DNA of 64,000 nucleotides from Octopus vulgaris. Its lineage: Eukaryota. The DNA lies in the NCBI GenBank assembly GCA_951406725.2, contig OX597839.1, positions 30,318,001 to 30,382,000 of the forward strand, read 5' to 3'. Position 1 is the stretch's first letter, and the number at the start of each line of letters is the position of its first letter. The notes beneath the pieces are model-generated. The model saw nothing but the letters and a program-made list of their open reading frames with translations. It was not told the origin of the DNA and did not search any database. Positions 12,201 through 24,175 of this stretch are shown here, piece by piece. A program made the translations under genes and the position numbers.

Positions 12201-14494
12201 TTATATATAATATTGTGGTGGTTTATATTATGTGTAGGTGTTTTTGTATATACATGTGTGTGTGTGTGTATAACTATAAAGGGGAGAGATGATGATGATA
12301 ATAGCAAAGGAATTTGTATTTTTTTCTTGTGAAGTGGAGGAGGAGGAGTCTGGAGAAGATTCTTCATTGAGAAGCTTGTGTCTTACGCATCATGCATCCA
12401 CACTAACATTCAATGACATATCAAACACCACACACACACACAGACACCCACACTCTGGTATGTATTCATTGTATCACTGACACTCACACAGCTGTAGGGT
12501 CCCAAACACCCTCATAATTATTTCTATGTATCACATGTCTGTTGGCAGTCAATACATACAAAAATGTTGCTACAAATACACACACACACACTGATATGAA
12601 CATATGTCAATACATTTTCTTACATAATATCACACACACATTACACAAAATTGTTGGTATTGAGTGTTTTTAAAAAAGAAATCCTGTCCACATTGTTAAT
12701 GAAAACAAATTTAAATTTTCTTTTAAAAATGTCTCCTGTCTGTGTGTTTATTTCTTTCCTGTGTCCAGAAAATTCACCAAAAGAAATTTCTCTCTGGGGA
12801 CAATGATCAAGTGTATTATATCAACAATTTATTAAATAATAAAAAGTGAGAGAATGATAAAAGGCTTTCTAAATGCATTGAATAGGCAAATCTTTATTCA
12901 ACACGAGGCATTAAAAACCACAATCAGGCCATATCAGATGAAATTTCTTCTGGTGAATTTCCTTTCAGCTAAAATGTTTTCAGTGAAGTTTCCTAAGATC
13001 TTGAAATATTTTTATAAAATTGATTTTCAGAAAGTTTGGATGGTGAAATAGACTGAGTGGAAGAGATAATAGTTGACAGGGGCTGGGTTTAATGTGGGCT
13101 TGAATGGTTGATAAGTAGGGATGACGATATCCTGTTTGATCTTCCTCAGTATCCTCTTCTGTATCCATGAAGGGGCTTCCCCATTACACTGTTGCCCCAT
13201 CTCCCTTACAGAAGCAATTTTGGTATCGTAACATTGTGGTTGTTGCAAACATTCACTGAAGCTTCATATCTATCTATATTTATTCTATTCTTTTACTTGT
13301 TTCAGTCATTTGATTGCAACCATGCTGGAGCACCACCTTAAATGGGTTTTTTAAGTCAAAGAAATCAACCCAAGGATTATATTCTTTGTAAGCCTTAGTA
13401 CTTATTCTATCGGTCTCTTTTGCCAAACTGCTAAGTTACATGGATGTAAACACACTAACATTAGTTGTTTAGCGAGGGTGGCAGGGGGGAATCAGTCCGA
13501 TTTGGGGAAAACGGAATTTTTTAAATGTCTGTCCTTGTTTCAATACACTACGTAATTCTAGTGAAAAATATGATGTGTAGTTGGACAATCCAAGAAAATG
13601 TTTTTCTTTTGCCCTTATTTATAATTCTATATACATGAAGGGCCTCTTTCAGTTTTGGTCTCCAAAGTCCACTTACAAGACTTTGGTTGGAATGACAGCT
13701 GGTCTTTCTTAAGAATATTTAAAAAAAATTTTCTGAAGATGACAGAAAAAACAAATTAAGACAAAAAGTTTTACTTTCATCTTAATCAGTTTTGAACGTT
13801 GGTCGGGATGTCTTCCAGTTCCTTGTCTGTGCACAACTTTAACCATTGGCCTACTGGGTCCTCTGTTAAGGCAAAAATAAGATGAATAACGAAAATAGGT
13901 TTAGATATCCTATTTTGAAACTGATTTCAGCTGTTGCACTGATGGTTGTGTGGTGTAGGTAGAAGTTTCAACTTGTCCCATAAAGATGCTTGTTTAACAT
14001 TGAAAAAAAAAAATTTATAGAGACATAAAAAAAAAGAAAATTATATATAAAGGGAAATTTATGATACAATTTTCATTTGCACTCTGCCCTGAACCCTGGA
14101 CAGAATCTTCCATCTAAGCTGTTGTTCTGCCCCACCATGCCATTCACCCACTCATTCAGTGAAAAACGAGATATTGAAATCCATTACAGCATCAGATCCT
14201 TAATGGGAATAGATTCAAATATCCCACTCTTAAGCTTGTTCTTGTTGCTGCTGAGATGGCCCCCACCTGGATAAAGATGTTCATAATTAACATCAATAAC
14301 GTTGTAAGATGATAGTTTCAAACTCTACTTAGAGCTACTGTTAAGGTGGGGTTGTTTTTTTTTAAACACTTGTTGATCAAAAAAAAAAAAAGGATGTCCT
14401 ATCACACTTTATCTATCTGCACCCTTACTCCCCCCCCCCCCATTAATTTCTGTAGAAATTAAGATAATTAAATCTGCCACAGCATCAACTCAAT

Positions 14495-15600
14495 AATAAA
14501 AATAGGTTTAAATATCTCATATTTTCAGTTTTACAAGGTGAGGTTTGGTGGCTTAGTGGGTAAAAGGGTTGGTAATTTAATTACTAATCTGGTGTAAAGA
14601 TAGAGGTTTCAATCTCTGCCTGCAACTATTTTTTTTTTTAGCATCTTTAAAAAAAAAAAATAAAAAGAATCTCTCCTACACCCTGATTTGATCCCCCCAG
14701 GACAAGGTTGCTAACATTCCCCTTCACACTGCTCACACCTTTACCCACAAGTCTACCGGGTCCCCCCAATAATTGCTGTCAAAGATGAGATACTTAAATC
14801 TATAATTGTGTCCAATCATTAATAAAAATAGATTTAAGTATCTCATTTTTGATAGCAATTATTGGGGGGACCCGTAGACTTGTGGGTAAAGGTGTGAGCA
14901 GTGTGAAGGGGGATGTTGGCAACCTTGTCCTGGGGGGATCAAATCAGGGTGTAGGAGAGATTCTTTTTTTTTTTTTTTTAGCATCCTTGAAACAAAAAAA
15001 AATAAAAGAATCTCTCCTACACCCTGATTTGATCCCCCCAGGACAAGGTTACTAACATCACACTGCTCACCTACGTACACCTTTACCCACGAGTCTACCG
15101 GGTCCCCCCAATAATTGCTGTCAAAGATGAGATACTTAAATCTATAATTGTGTCCAATCATTAATAAAAATAGATTTAAATATCTCATTTTTTCACTGTT
15201 TCACAAGGTGAGGTCTGGTGGCTTAGTGGGTAAAAGGGTTGGTAATTTAATTACTAATCCTGTATAGAGATAGAGGTTTCAATCTCTGTCTACAACTATT
15301 TTTTTTTTTTTAAGCATCCTTGAAACAAAAATAAAAGAATCTCTCCTACACCCTGATTTGATCCCCCCAGGAGAAGGTTGCTAACATCGCACTGCTCACC
15401 TACATACACCTTTACCCACGAGTCTACCGGGTCCCCCCAATAATTGCTGTCATAGATGAGATACTTAAATCTATAATTGTGTCCAATCATTAAAAAAAAT
15501 AGATTTAAATACTTTTATTTTTAGTCTAGAAATAAGAGTTGCTTGGGTGGCTTAGTGGTAAGGTATAACTTAGTATTTAGCATGAGAGTTTCAATCCCTT
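14495..15600. repeat. Array of ~330-bp units with an internal near-perfect inverted repeat
   Basis: Block B (AAAGAATCTCTCC...TACTTAAATCTA) at ~14664, ~15005 and ~15335, inverted at 14829-14966; block A with A/B-box-like motifs at ~14545, ~15205 and degenerate at ~15545. Confidence 0.9.
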
Positions 15601-15844
15601 TTTGAAATCATGATAAGTTATATATTTTATCTTTATCTGTCATCAGACTGTGGCCATGCTGGGGCACCTACACTTCTTTTTAAAGCCTGGCTCTTATTCC
15701 ATCAGTCTCTTTTTCCAAACCACTACATTATGCGGATGCAAACACACCAATGCTGGTCGACAAACAGGAGTTGGAACACACACACACACATATATATATG
15801 ATTTTGTGTGTGTATACATATATATATATGTATATACACACAGA

Positions 15845-16180
15845 GTGTATAAATGAGTTTTATAACTCTAATCCAGAAACGCGTCCATAATTAACTGAAG
15901 ACTGATTTCATTGTTTTCCTTCTTTTTTTGCCTGTGTTTTTTTATAGAGAGGGTCATCTGTGGAGTCATATTTTGTAGCGAAAAGAAATAACGCTCTTTT
16001 GGCTGCTATTTCTAAATTTTTCGGTATGTGGTTAAGCAACTTGTTGCTAAATCCTTAATTATTGTTATAATTATATATAAAACTTCTTGTATAAGATTTT
16101 ACTGAATATGGTTCCTTTCCATACCGAAACTACTTGGTGAAATTTATTAATTATAAATTAATAATTTTTACCCTATATCT
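15845..16180 (+). mobile_element. Penelope-like pLTR relic with degenerate hammerhead motifs
   Basis: GAAACGCGTC at ~15876; ATTTTA-CTGAATA-TGGT..ACC-GAAACTAC at 16096-16143; flanked by TA/CA repeats. Confidence 0.45.
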
Positions 16181-16213
16181 ATATATATATATACATATAC
16201 ACACACACACACG

Positions 16214-19200
16214 ATTTTTTTAATGTTTCAGCTGCAAAGCTGCAGTCATGCTGGAGCACCAGCATTTGGTGAGTGAGGGCGTTTGATGCTGCTGCCCTCA
16301 TCTGTGTTTCCTGCCGTGAGGTAGGTTCATCTGGAATCTGTAACAGAACGAGATTCAGTTTTGTTTTAAAGGCACTTTCATCCACACCATGCAGGTCTCT
16401 TAGGCATTTTGGAAGGATATTAAAGAGCTGTGGACCTTTGAAGCCCAAGCTGTTGCAGTATCTGGTCCTGTATTTTGATGGTGATGCAGTTTGAATAACT
16501 TTCAATGCCAAAGTTTGGTACAAGGCCTTCAAAGATTTTCCAGATGTATATCACTGCATATCTTTCTCGCCTTCACTCCAAGGAGAAGAGTTTTAATTCT
16601 TTAAGCCTTTCCCAGAAACTGACATGTTGCAGTGAGACGATTTTCTTAGTGTAGCTTCGTTGGATTGCTTCAAGTTCCACCATGGATTTTTAAAGTTGGG
16701 AGCAAGAGTCTAAGAAGCTGAGAACGTATGTCCTGTCTCCTTTTCTCTTGTTTTGAAACTTCAGAGGATCCAACCAGTCAGCCATCTGCATTTTATTACC
16801 AAATTGGTAATACGCACTTGGAAAGATGCATCTTTGCTCAAATCAATGCCCAGGTCAAGCACTGATTTTGATTCAGGGATTTCAATTCCTCCTGGGCCAG
16901 TGTATCCTGTCTGCATGTCATTTAGCATTGAGTTGGTAGCGTAGGGCCTGGAATTTTCCTGCATTAAACTGCACATGGTTGTCCCCCGCCCACCTGTATA
17001 TTGTGTCCAACTCTCTTTGCAGATGTGCAATATTTCTAGGATTTTGTATTGTCTGAGAGACTTTTGTGTCATCTGCACAGCTAGCAGGGTAGCTATCTGA
17101 GACGCTGAGGGCATGTTTGAGAGGGCCACTATGAACTGCAGTGGACCCAAGACAGTGCCATGTGGAACACCACTTGCTATTTGCGTTTCCTTGGAGGTGG
17201 CTCCATTGGCTACTACTACCTTATGCCTATCCTTTAGAAAGTTGTGCGGCCATTCTCCAAGTTTTCTGCATATGCCAAGATCGTGCAGTTTGTGACATAT
17301 CATACCATGGTCAACTTTGTCAAAGCCTTCTGCAAAGTCGAGATCTATCACATCCCCACTTGAGTCATTCAGCAGCTGTTTCAGCACCTAGCCATAATGT
17401 TGCAGGAGCTGGGTCAGGCAGCTTCAGCCTGGACGGACGAAATCCTTGCTGGGGGCCAGTCAGCAAGTCATTAGTTTCTAGCAAACTATTCGTTCCATGA
17501 TTTTACTGATGTTTGAGGTCAGAGAGATAGGCCTATAGTTTTTAGCATCTGCTCTGCTTCCTCCCTTATGGATAGGGCATATTATCCCTTCCTTCAGTTT
17601 GTTTGGGAGCTTACAACTTGCAAGGAAGCTCTGGAAGAGAAGCTGCAGTGGTTTTGTAAGAGCTCACTTGCATGAGTTGAGAAGGACACATCCGGGACAG
17701 CTGCTGAGTTTGAAGAAGATGTAACACTGGCCAGAGATGAGGTTGACACAGTGTTTATGGACTCAGCTTTTTTAACTTCTTTGGTTTTAGGTAATGTGGC
17801 AAAGAAATCCACTGGTTTGTTCATTTGCCTGTGTTCCAGCGATGTAGTGAACACACTTTGGAACTGTTCATTCAGTATTTCACTTACCCTCATGGGGTTT
17901 CTTGTGAGGGAGCCATCTATCTTGTAACATATTGAGGCTGTTTCATTGGCAAACTTAAAGAAAGCTTTAGGGTTTGACTTGATATTTTCTATAATCCAAG
18001 CTTCTTTATCTGCTCTCTCCTTTTCATGAGACTGATGCAGACTTTTCTCAATTTCCATTAGCATTCTCTCCAGATGAGACTTCTCGCCACTTTTGGGATG
18101 CTTGCTCAGGCGGTTCGCAATCTTTGTCTGTCATCTCATAAGAATCTTCCTTTCTCTAGGGATCCTGTTTTTGTGTGTGGTGGCCTTGCACAATAGGACA
18201 TATTTGTCACATATGGCTTGTATTATGGACATGAAGTGTTTGTGTTTCATGTCAATGTCCGGTGGGGAGAGACATTTAGGTCAATCCTCTTTCTCGATCA
18301 GCTTCCAATTTGCTTTGTGAAAATTTAGTTTGGAGAGATTTTGGGGGTTCGTATAGGCAGTATGTCTGCTGGAGCTTTTGGTCCCTATATAGACAGATCT
18401 ATTATATTGTGATCCGAGATCAGTGTCGGTGTCATTTTAACATTATGGATAATGTCCACATTGTTTGTGAAGCAGAGATCCAGTATATTATTTACCCTGG
18501 TTGGTTGCAGCACGACTTGTTCCATGAAAGAGGCATTGGTAATGTGGAGCAGGGACTCTACCTGTGCTTGCTGTTGGTGTGTCATTCCTGGGAGAATCTG
18601 GCCCCCAGGCCATTCCATGTTTGGGAAGTTAAAGTTGCTCAAATGGAATACATTAATGTGTTGTTGAGAACTTCTCCTATCTCTGCTAGGCTGTCTTCAA
18701 ATTTGCCTGTATGACTTGGAGCATCTGGTGGGCGATATGTAGTACATATAACAATATTGTCTTATGTGTTCAATTTGAGGGTCACATACTGAATTAGAAT
18801 ATGACAGCAGTAGATGAGGTTTTAGGTCCTGTTGGATGTACACAGCAACTCCACCATGGTTCCCCTCTTTTCTATCTGAAGGTATGACAACATTTTGTGG
18901 TATATGTATTTCTGCATCCCCTATATCAGGTCTAAGATGCATTTCTACAAGTGCCATGCATAAAGCTTGATTGCATGTCGCAAGGTCTCTCAGGAATGAG
19001 ATTTTTGATTTACAGTTGCCATGCAACAGCCCTCCTACATTCAGAAGAAATATCTTTGTGATGTGTGTGTTGAGGTTAGTAGTGGCCCCATCCTGTATCT
19101 GTCATTGGTGGTGTCCTTGTGTGGTGGCAGGCATGGGTTTGGAGTCAGGTCGATCTTTTGTGCCATGCATAAAAGAGATTGTTGTTCAGCTACTGCCCTC

Positions 19201-19790
19201 TTCACACTTGAATGAAGCTGGCCGTTCACTTGGCCGCACACTACATCTTTCGAAAGTAGACAGTCTGCTATTTTTACTTCTTTGGTGCCTTTCGTTTTGT
19301 CCTCCTTGGAGAAGGGAGTGTTGTCTGGGGCCCATTTCATTTTGGTAGAATTTGCCAGTGCTCGTGCTTTTTTGCCCTTCCAACTCCTGTAGCTTCTGTT
19401 GGGGATCCTCCATTTCGTATCAGCTATTTTTTCTTTGACTCTTCATTCTTCTTTGCTTTGTCTTCATCTTTCCCTCTTTGGTCTTCTGACATGTTGGGGG
19501 CAGGGCCGAACCTGTATCATCGTTTCCCTTATTTGCATTCCCCTCAGACGTGGCTTTTGCTTTGTTCTTTTGAGGGATTGTTGGGCCCTGGAGGTTTCTT
19601 CCATCCTTAGGGCAGTTTCCTCCCTGGATGATGTGTCTATATGTTGTCTAATTAGAGCAAAAGAACGGAGGAATTTGGGGTTTTTTTAGAGAAATTATTA
19701 CTTTTAAGTGCTGCTGCAATAATGTTGCTTGGGTGGGGCACCTTCGGAGATCTTCCATGCACGCACGATCAGTTCCGTGATATCTTTACT
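16214..19790 (-). mobile_element. Long degenerate CR1-like LINE (APE endonuclease + RT)
   Basis: APE motifs (SDRKEGNHGGVAVYI; NFNFP; PTRVNNILDLCFTN; SDHN), RT motifs (DFAEGFDKVDH; SGVPHGTVLGP), C-terminal GPQLFNILPK...FKTKL...PDEP; A-tail at ~16214-16221; many stops and frameshifts; 5' boundary approximate. Confidence 0.88.
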
Positions 19791-20791
19791 AAGGATATGG
19801 GGGAGAGAGAGAGAGAGAGAGAGAGAGAAGTAGTGGGAGAAAGAGAGAGACAAGGAGATTGGCCGGGAGAGATGAAGAGAGGAGGGAGACAGCGAAACAG
19901 AGAGGGGAGAAGTGAGGAGATTCACCTGAGAGGGTGACAGGTTAGCAGAGGGAGGTAGATAGGGTAAGAGACAAAGAGAGAGCGAAGCAGAGTCTACACA
20001 CTATTTCTTTACTACCCACAAGGGGCTAAACATAGAGAGGACAAACAAACGGATTAAGTCCGTTATATCGACCCCCCCCTCCCAAAGGATGAAAGGCAAA
20101 GTCGACCTCGGCGGAATTTGAACGGCTAAGCATTTCTGCCGCCTTAGCCGAGTCTACAGACATCAACACACGAACACGTGCTTGTCCGCGAAAGTACACA
20201 TGGTTACAACAACGAAATTGTCTCTAGATACTTCGTATATAAATACGTATATGTTATATGTATAAATATTATATTTGTTACAACACCGAATCGTTAGAAA
20301 AGGAAAATATATTAAAAATTTAATAATTTGTCTTACCTTTGGCTGGTTTGCGACTTCAAAAACACTTACCTTTAGCGGGGAGAAAGCTGTAAACAACAAC
20401 AACAACAACAAACCTTCAATGTCAGCAGTTTCCGTATTTTATCTTGGAAAAGTTGCAGTTACAGAGGTCGTTATTCCTCGAATATATGCGAGCAATAACA
20501 AGCGTGACCACTGTAGCTGTCATGTTTTGGTTTATTGCCTTTAAACGAGTCGGACAGGTGTTGCCGGCAACCAGGTGTGCAATTCGATGTCGTGTGAACA
20601 GGGTTTGCCTAGGAAACTATTATTGAAAGGGAAGATTCTTTGAAAATCTATCGTACGGATAATACTTTTTGGTTATATTTCAGCTACGGACCTCTTTAAC
20701 TTCGAATCACATCAGTCTAATGGAGGTTCTGCAATACTTTTCTGGACCTAAAAGCTTCACCTCTTAGCAACACAGCGCCATCTATATTTAC

Positions 20792-21335
20792 CTATACGCA
20801 CGCGCGCACATACATACATACATACATACATACACGTATATATACATACATGTACATAAACGTATATACATACATATATGTATACATATACACACATGTA
20901 TATACATACAGGCGAAGTTTCGCATGTCGTAGCGCAGATTTCCGTCGATTTCCGTAAAAAACTTTTATTTTTTTACATAAGTAATGAGAGCGAAAGAGAC
21001 TTGTGTGTGTGTGTGTAAGTATGTGTGTGTGTATGTATGTATGTGTGTGTGTGTATGTATGTATGTACTCGGTGTATGTGTATATGTATGTCTGTCTCTT
21101 CGCACACACTAACAGAAGCACTTCACTTACACAACATACTGTCTGTCTCATAAACGTATATACATACATATATGTATACATATACACACATGTATATACA
21201 TACATGTATATACACATATGTATACATATATATATATATACATACGTATGTATATATATACATGTATATGTATGTATATATACATATATATACATGTATA
21301 CATATATATATGTATATATATGCATACGTATACAA
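20792..21335. repeat. Compound (TA)/(TG)/(TACA) microsatellite region with a ~57-bp direct duplication
   Basis: Block ATAAACGTATATACATACATATATG... occurs at ~20855 and ~21150. Confidence 0.85.
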
Positions 21336-21337
21336 AA

Positions 21338-22030
21338 CAAAACACATCGCTAAAATTGCCAAGGCGGAGGGTGTCTTGGCATCACTCACCAAGTCCTTTG
21401 TGAGCTGCTCTCCGGCTATCTATCTGCGGCTTTATATAGCTGTGGTACGAACTCACCTGGAATTTGCATCACCGGTCTGCAACCCCTATCTTGCCCAGGA
21501 TATCAATCGTCTGGAAGCCGTTCAGCAACGTGCAACCAAGAGAATACCCTCCATCAGGCATTTGCCATATTCTGTACATCCCTGGGCATGGACACATTGA
21601 AACTCCGACGCCTGGCAGCTGACTTGGCAGACACCCATAAAATTATTAACCATCTTACAAACAATAACTCTGAGCACCTTTTCAAACTCCACCTGTCTAA
21701 CACCCGTGGACATATTTACAAAGTCAGAAAACAGCACAGCTCCCATGACTTTCGGAAACATTTTTTCACGCTAAGAGTTGCTGAAGCATGGAACAAACTG
21801 CCGGCATCAGTTGTTAGTTGTCGGAGCACTGCATCTTTCAAAACTTCCATGCTTCCTGATATTCGCCAACACTACACCTGATTTCCTCCCCTCCATACAC
21901 ACACAAGCATGTATCTGACTTATACACAGTTCACTTTCCAGATATTTGTACATTACAGCATATACTTTATACACACTTTTGACAAGTTGTGGTGCACCTG
22001 AGCACTGTATACAATAATTTCATTATATTA
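21338..22030 (+). mobile_element. CR1 LINE 3' fragment
   Basis: LYIAVVRTHLEFASPVCNPY...LEAVQQRATK; LRRLAADL...TRGH..K...FFTLRVAEAWNKLP: canonical CR1 ORF2 C-terminus; sits between TA repeats. Confidence 0.9.
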
Positions 22031-22062
22031 TATATATATATATACATATGTATATACATATG

Positions 22063-22093
<31 letters not shown>

Positions 22094-22144
22094 ATATATA
22101 TATATATATACACATATGTATATATAGATATATATACATATATA

Positions 22145-24175
22145 CCCAAACTAACGTGGTGGTGGAATAGTGTGGTTGAGAGGGCTATTAGAGAAAGGAA
22201 ACAGGTTTGGAAGAATGGTGGTAGCAGGGAAGCTAGGAGACAGGTTTATTTAGCCAAGTATTTCGTGTTGCAAGACAGTGTGTGAGAGAGAATCATGATG
22301 TTGTAGGAGAGAAATGTGTCCGCATGGATGATAGTTCACTTGCACTAAACGAGACTGCAGAGAGAGAGGTTTGGAAGATGCCAGGTATGACAGGTTGCTC
22401 AATAAAGAGACTGAATGGGAGAAAGAGAGTCTGCCGAATGTCGACCCCACAGAGGGACCAGCTACCTGAATTGACAGTACCTTGGTAGATAAAGCAATCA
22501 AGAGTATGAAGGCAGGGAAAGCCCCTGGCCCATCAGGAGTCACTGCAGAGATGCACAAAATATCTGGCAGTGTTGGCTATAGCCTAGTCACCCGTATAGT
22601 TAACCAGGTGATACACGAAGGAGTCATACCCGATGACTGGTGTAGCAGCACCTTAGTCAACTGCTACAAAGGTAAAGGTGATGCTTTAGATACAAATAAT
22701 TACAGAGGTATCAAGCTGTTGGATCAGGTAGTGAGGGTCATAGCCAAACTAATTAGAGGGAGAGTCAGTTTAGATGAGATGCAGTTTGGGTTTGTGCCAG
22801 GGAAAAGCACCACTGATGCTATATTTCTTGTAAAACAGCTGCAGAAGAAATACCAAGCCAAAGATAAACTTCTGTACCTGGCTTTCATTGACATGGAGAA
22901 AGCCTTTGACAGGGTCCCCCAATCCCTTATCTGGTGGTCAATGAGGAAACTAGGGATAGATGAATGGTTAGTGAGAGCTGTGCAAGCCATGCACAGGGAT
23001 GCTGTCAGTAAGGTGAGGGTTGTCAACAAGTAGTGAAGAATTCCAGGTAGATGTAGGGGTCCACCAGACCCCTTCTATTTATCATAGTCTTCCAGGCAAA
23101 AACAGAGGAATTCAAGACAGGATGCCCCTGGGAGCTCCTCTATGCTGATGACCTTGCTCTAATTGCTGAGTCACTATCAGAACTAGAGGAGAAGTTTCAG
23201 GTGTAGAAGCTCTAGGTAGAAACTCTATAAGATGTACCCAGTGTAAGCTATGGGCACATAAGAGGTGCAGCAATATCAAAGGAAGGCTAACTGGGAAGAT
23301 AGTTTTTGTATGTGGCAGATGCTCAGAAGCAATATACACTGAAAATGCGCAGAGACCAACTTCCGCCACATTCCAGGGAGAAAAACTAGAAGTAGTTGAT
23401 AGCTTCCGTTATCTAGGTGACCAAGTCAGTAGCAGGGGTGGATGCTCTGAAAGTGTAGCTGCTAGAATAAGAATAGCCTGGACAAAGTTCAGAGAGCTCT
23501 TACCTCTGCTGGTGACAAAGGGCCTCTCGCTCAAACTAAAAGGTAGACTTGTGTACAAACAGCCATGCTACATGGCAGTGAAACATGGGCCGTGACTGCC
23601 GAGGACATGCGTAAGCTTGCAAGAAATGAAGCCAGTATGCTCCGATGGATGTGTAATGACAGTGTTCATACTCGACAGAGTGTAAGTAACTTGAGAGGAA
23701 AGTTGGACCTAAGAAGCATCAGTTGTGGTGTGCAAGAGAGACAACTGCACTGGTATGGACATGTTGTGCGAATGGATGAGGACAACTGTGTGAAAAAGTG
23801 TCACACCCTAGCAGCTGAGGGAACCTGTGGAAGAGATAGACCCAGGAAGACCTGGGATGAAGTGGTGAAGCACGACCTTCGAACATTAGGCCTCACCGAG
23901 GCAATGACCAGTGACCGAGACTTTTAGAAATATGCTGTGCTTGAGAAGACCCAGCAAGCCAAGTGAGATCATAACCTTTTGGCTTATGCCAGAGGTGTAA
24001 CCAGCCCACTTATGCGTACCTTCCCTTCATTGGACACTACTTGCGAAGACCTGTTGAGGCAAGTGAAATCGAAATCAAATTCGATGACAACACCGCATGA
24101 CTAGCATCCGTGCTAGTGGAGTGCTAAGAGCACCATCCGAGACAGGGCCGCTGACTGGCCCCCATGCTGGTAGCA
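22145..24175 (+). mobile_element. RTE-clade LINE copy with internal deletions and missing 3' tail
   Basis: ORFs 22482-23033 and 23565-23927 are near-identical in protein to the RTE at 4080-6696; the 3'UTR stops at the Helitron junction. Confidence 0.93.

Noticed and set aside
13725-13770. CTGAAGA as another hammerhead core
   Set aside because: No stem II, GAAA-stem III or stem I pairing could be formed
14495-15600. CRISPR-like array or tRNA gene cluster
   Set aside because: Units are ~330 bp without unique spacers; A/B-box-like motifs are present but I could not form a cloverleaf; eukaryotic context
20792-21403. Long Tyr/Ile/Val/Cys-rich ORFs
   Set aside because: Translations of TA/TG microsatellites
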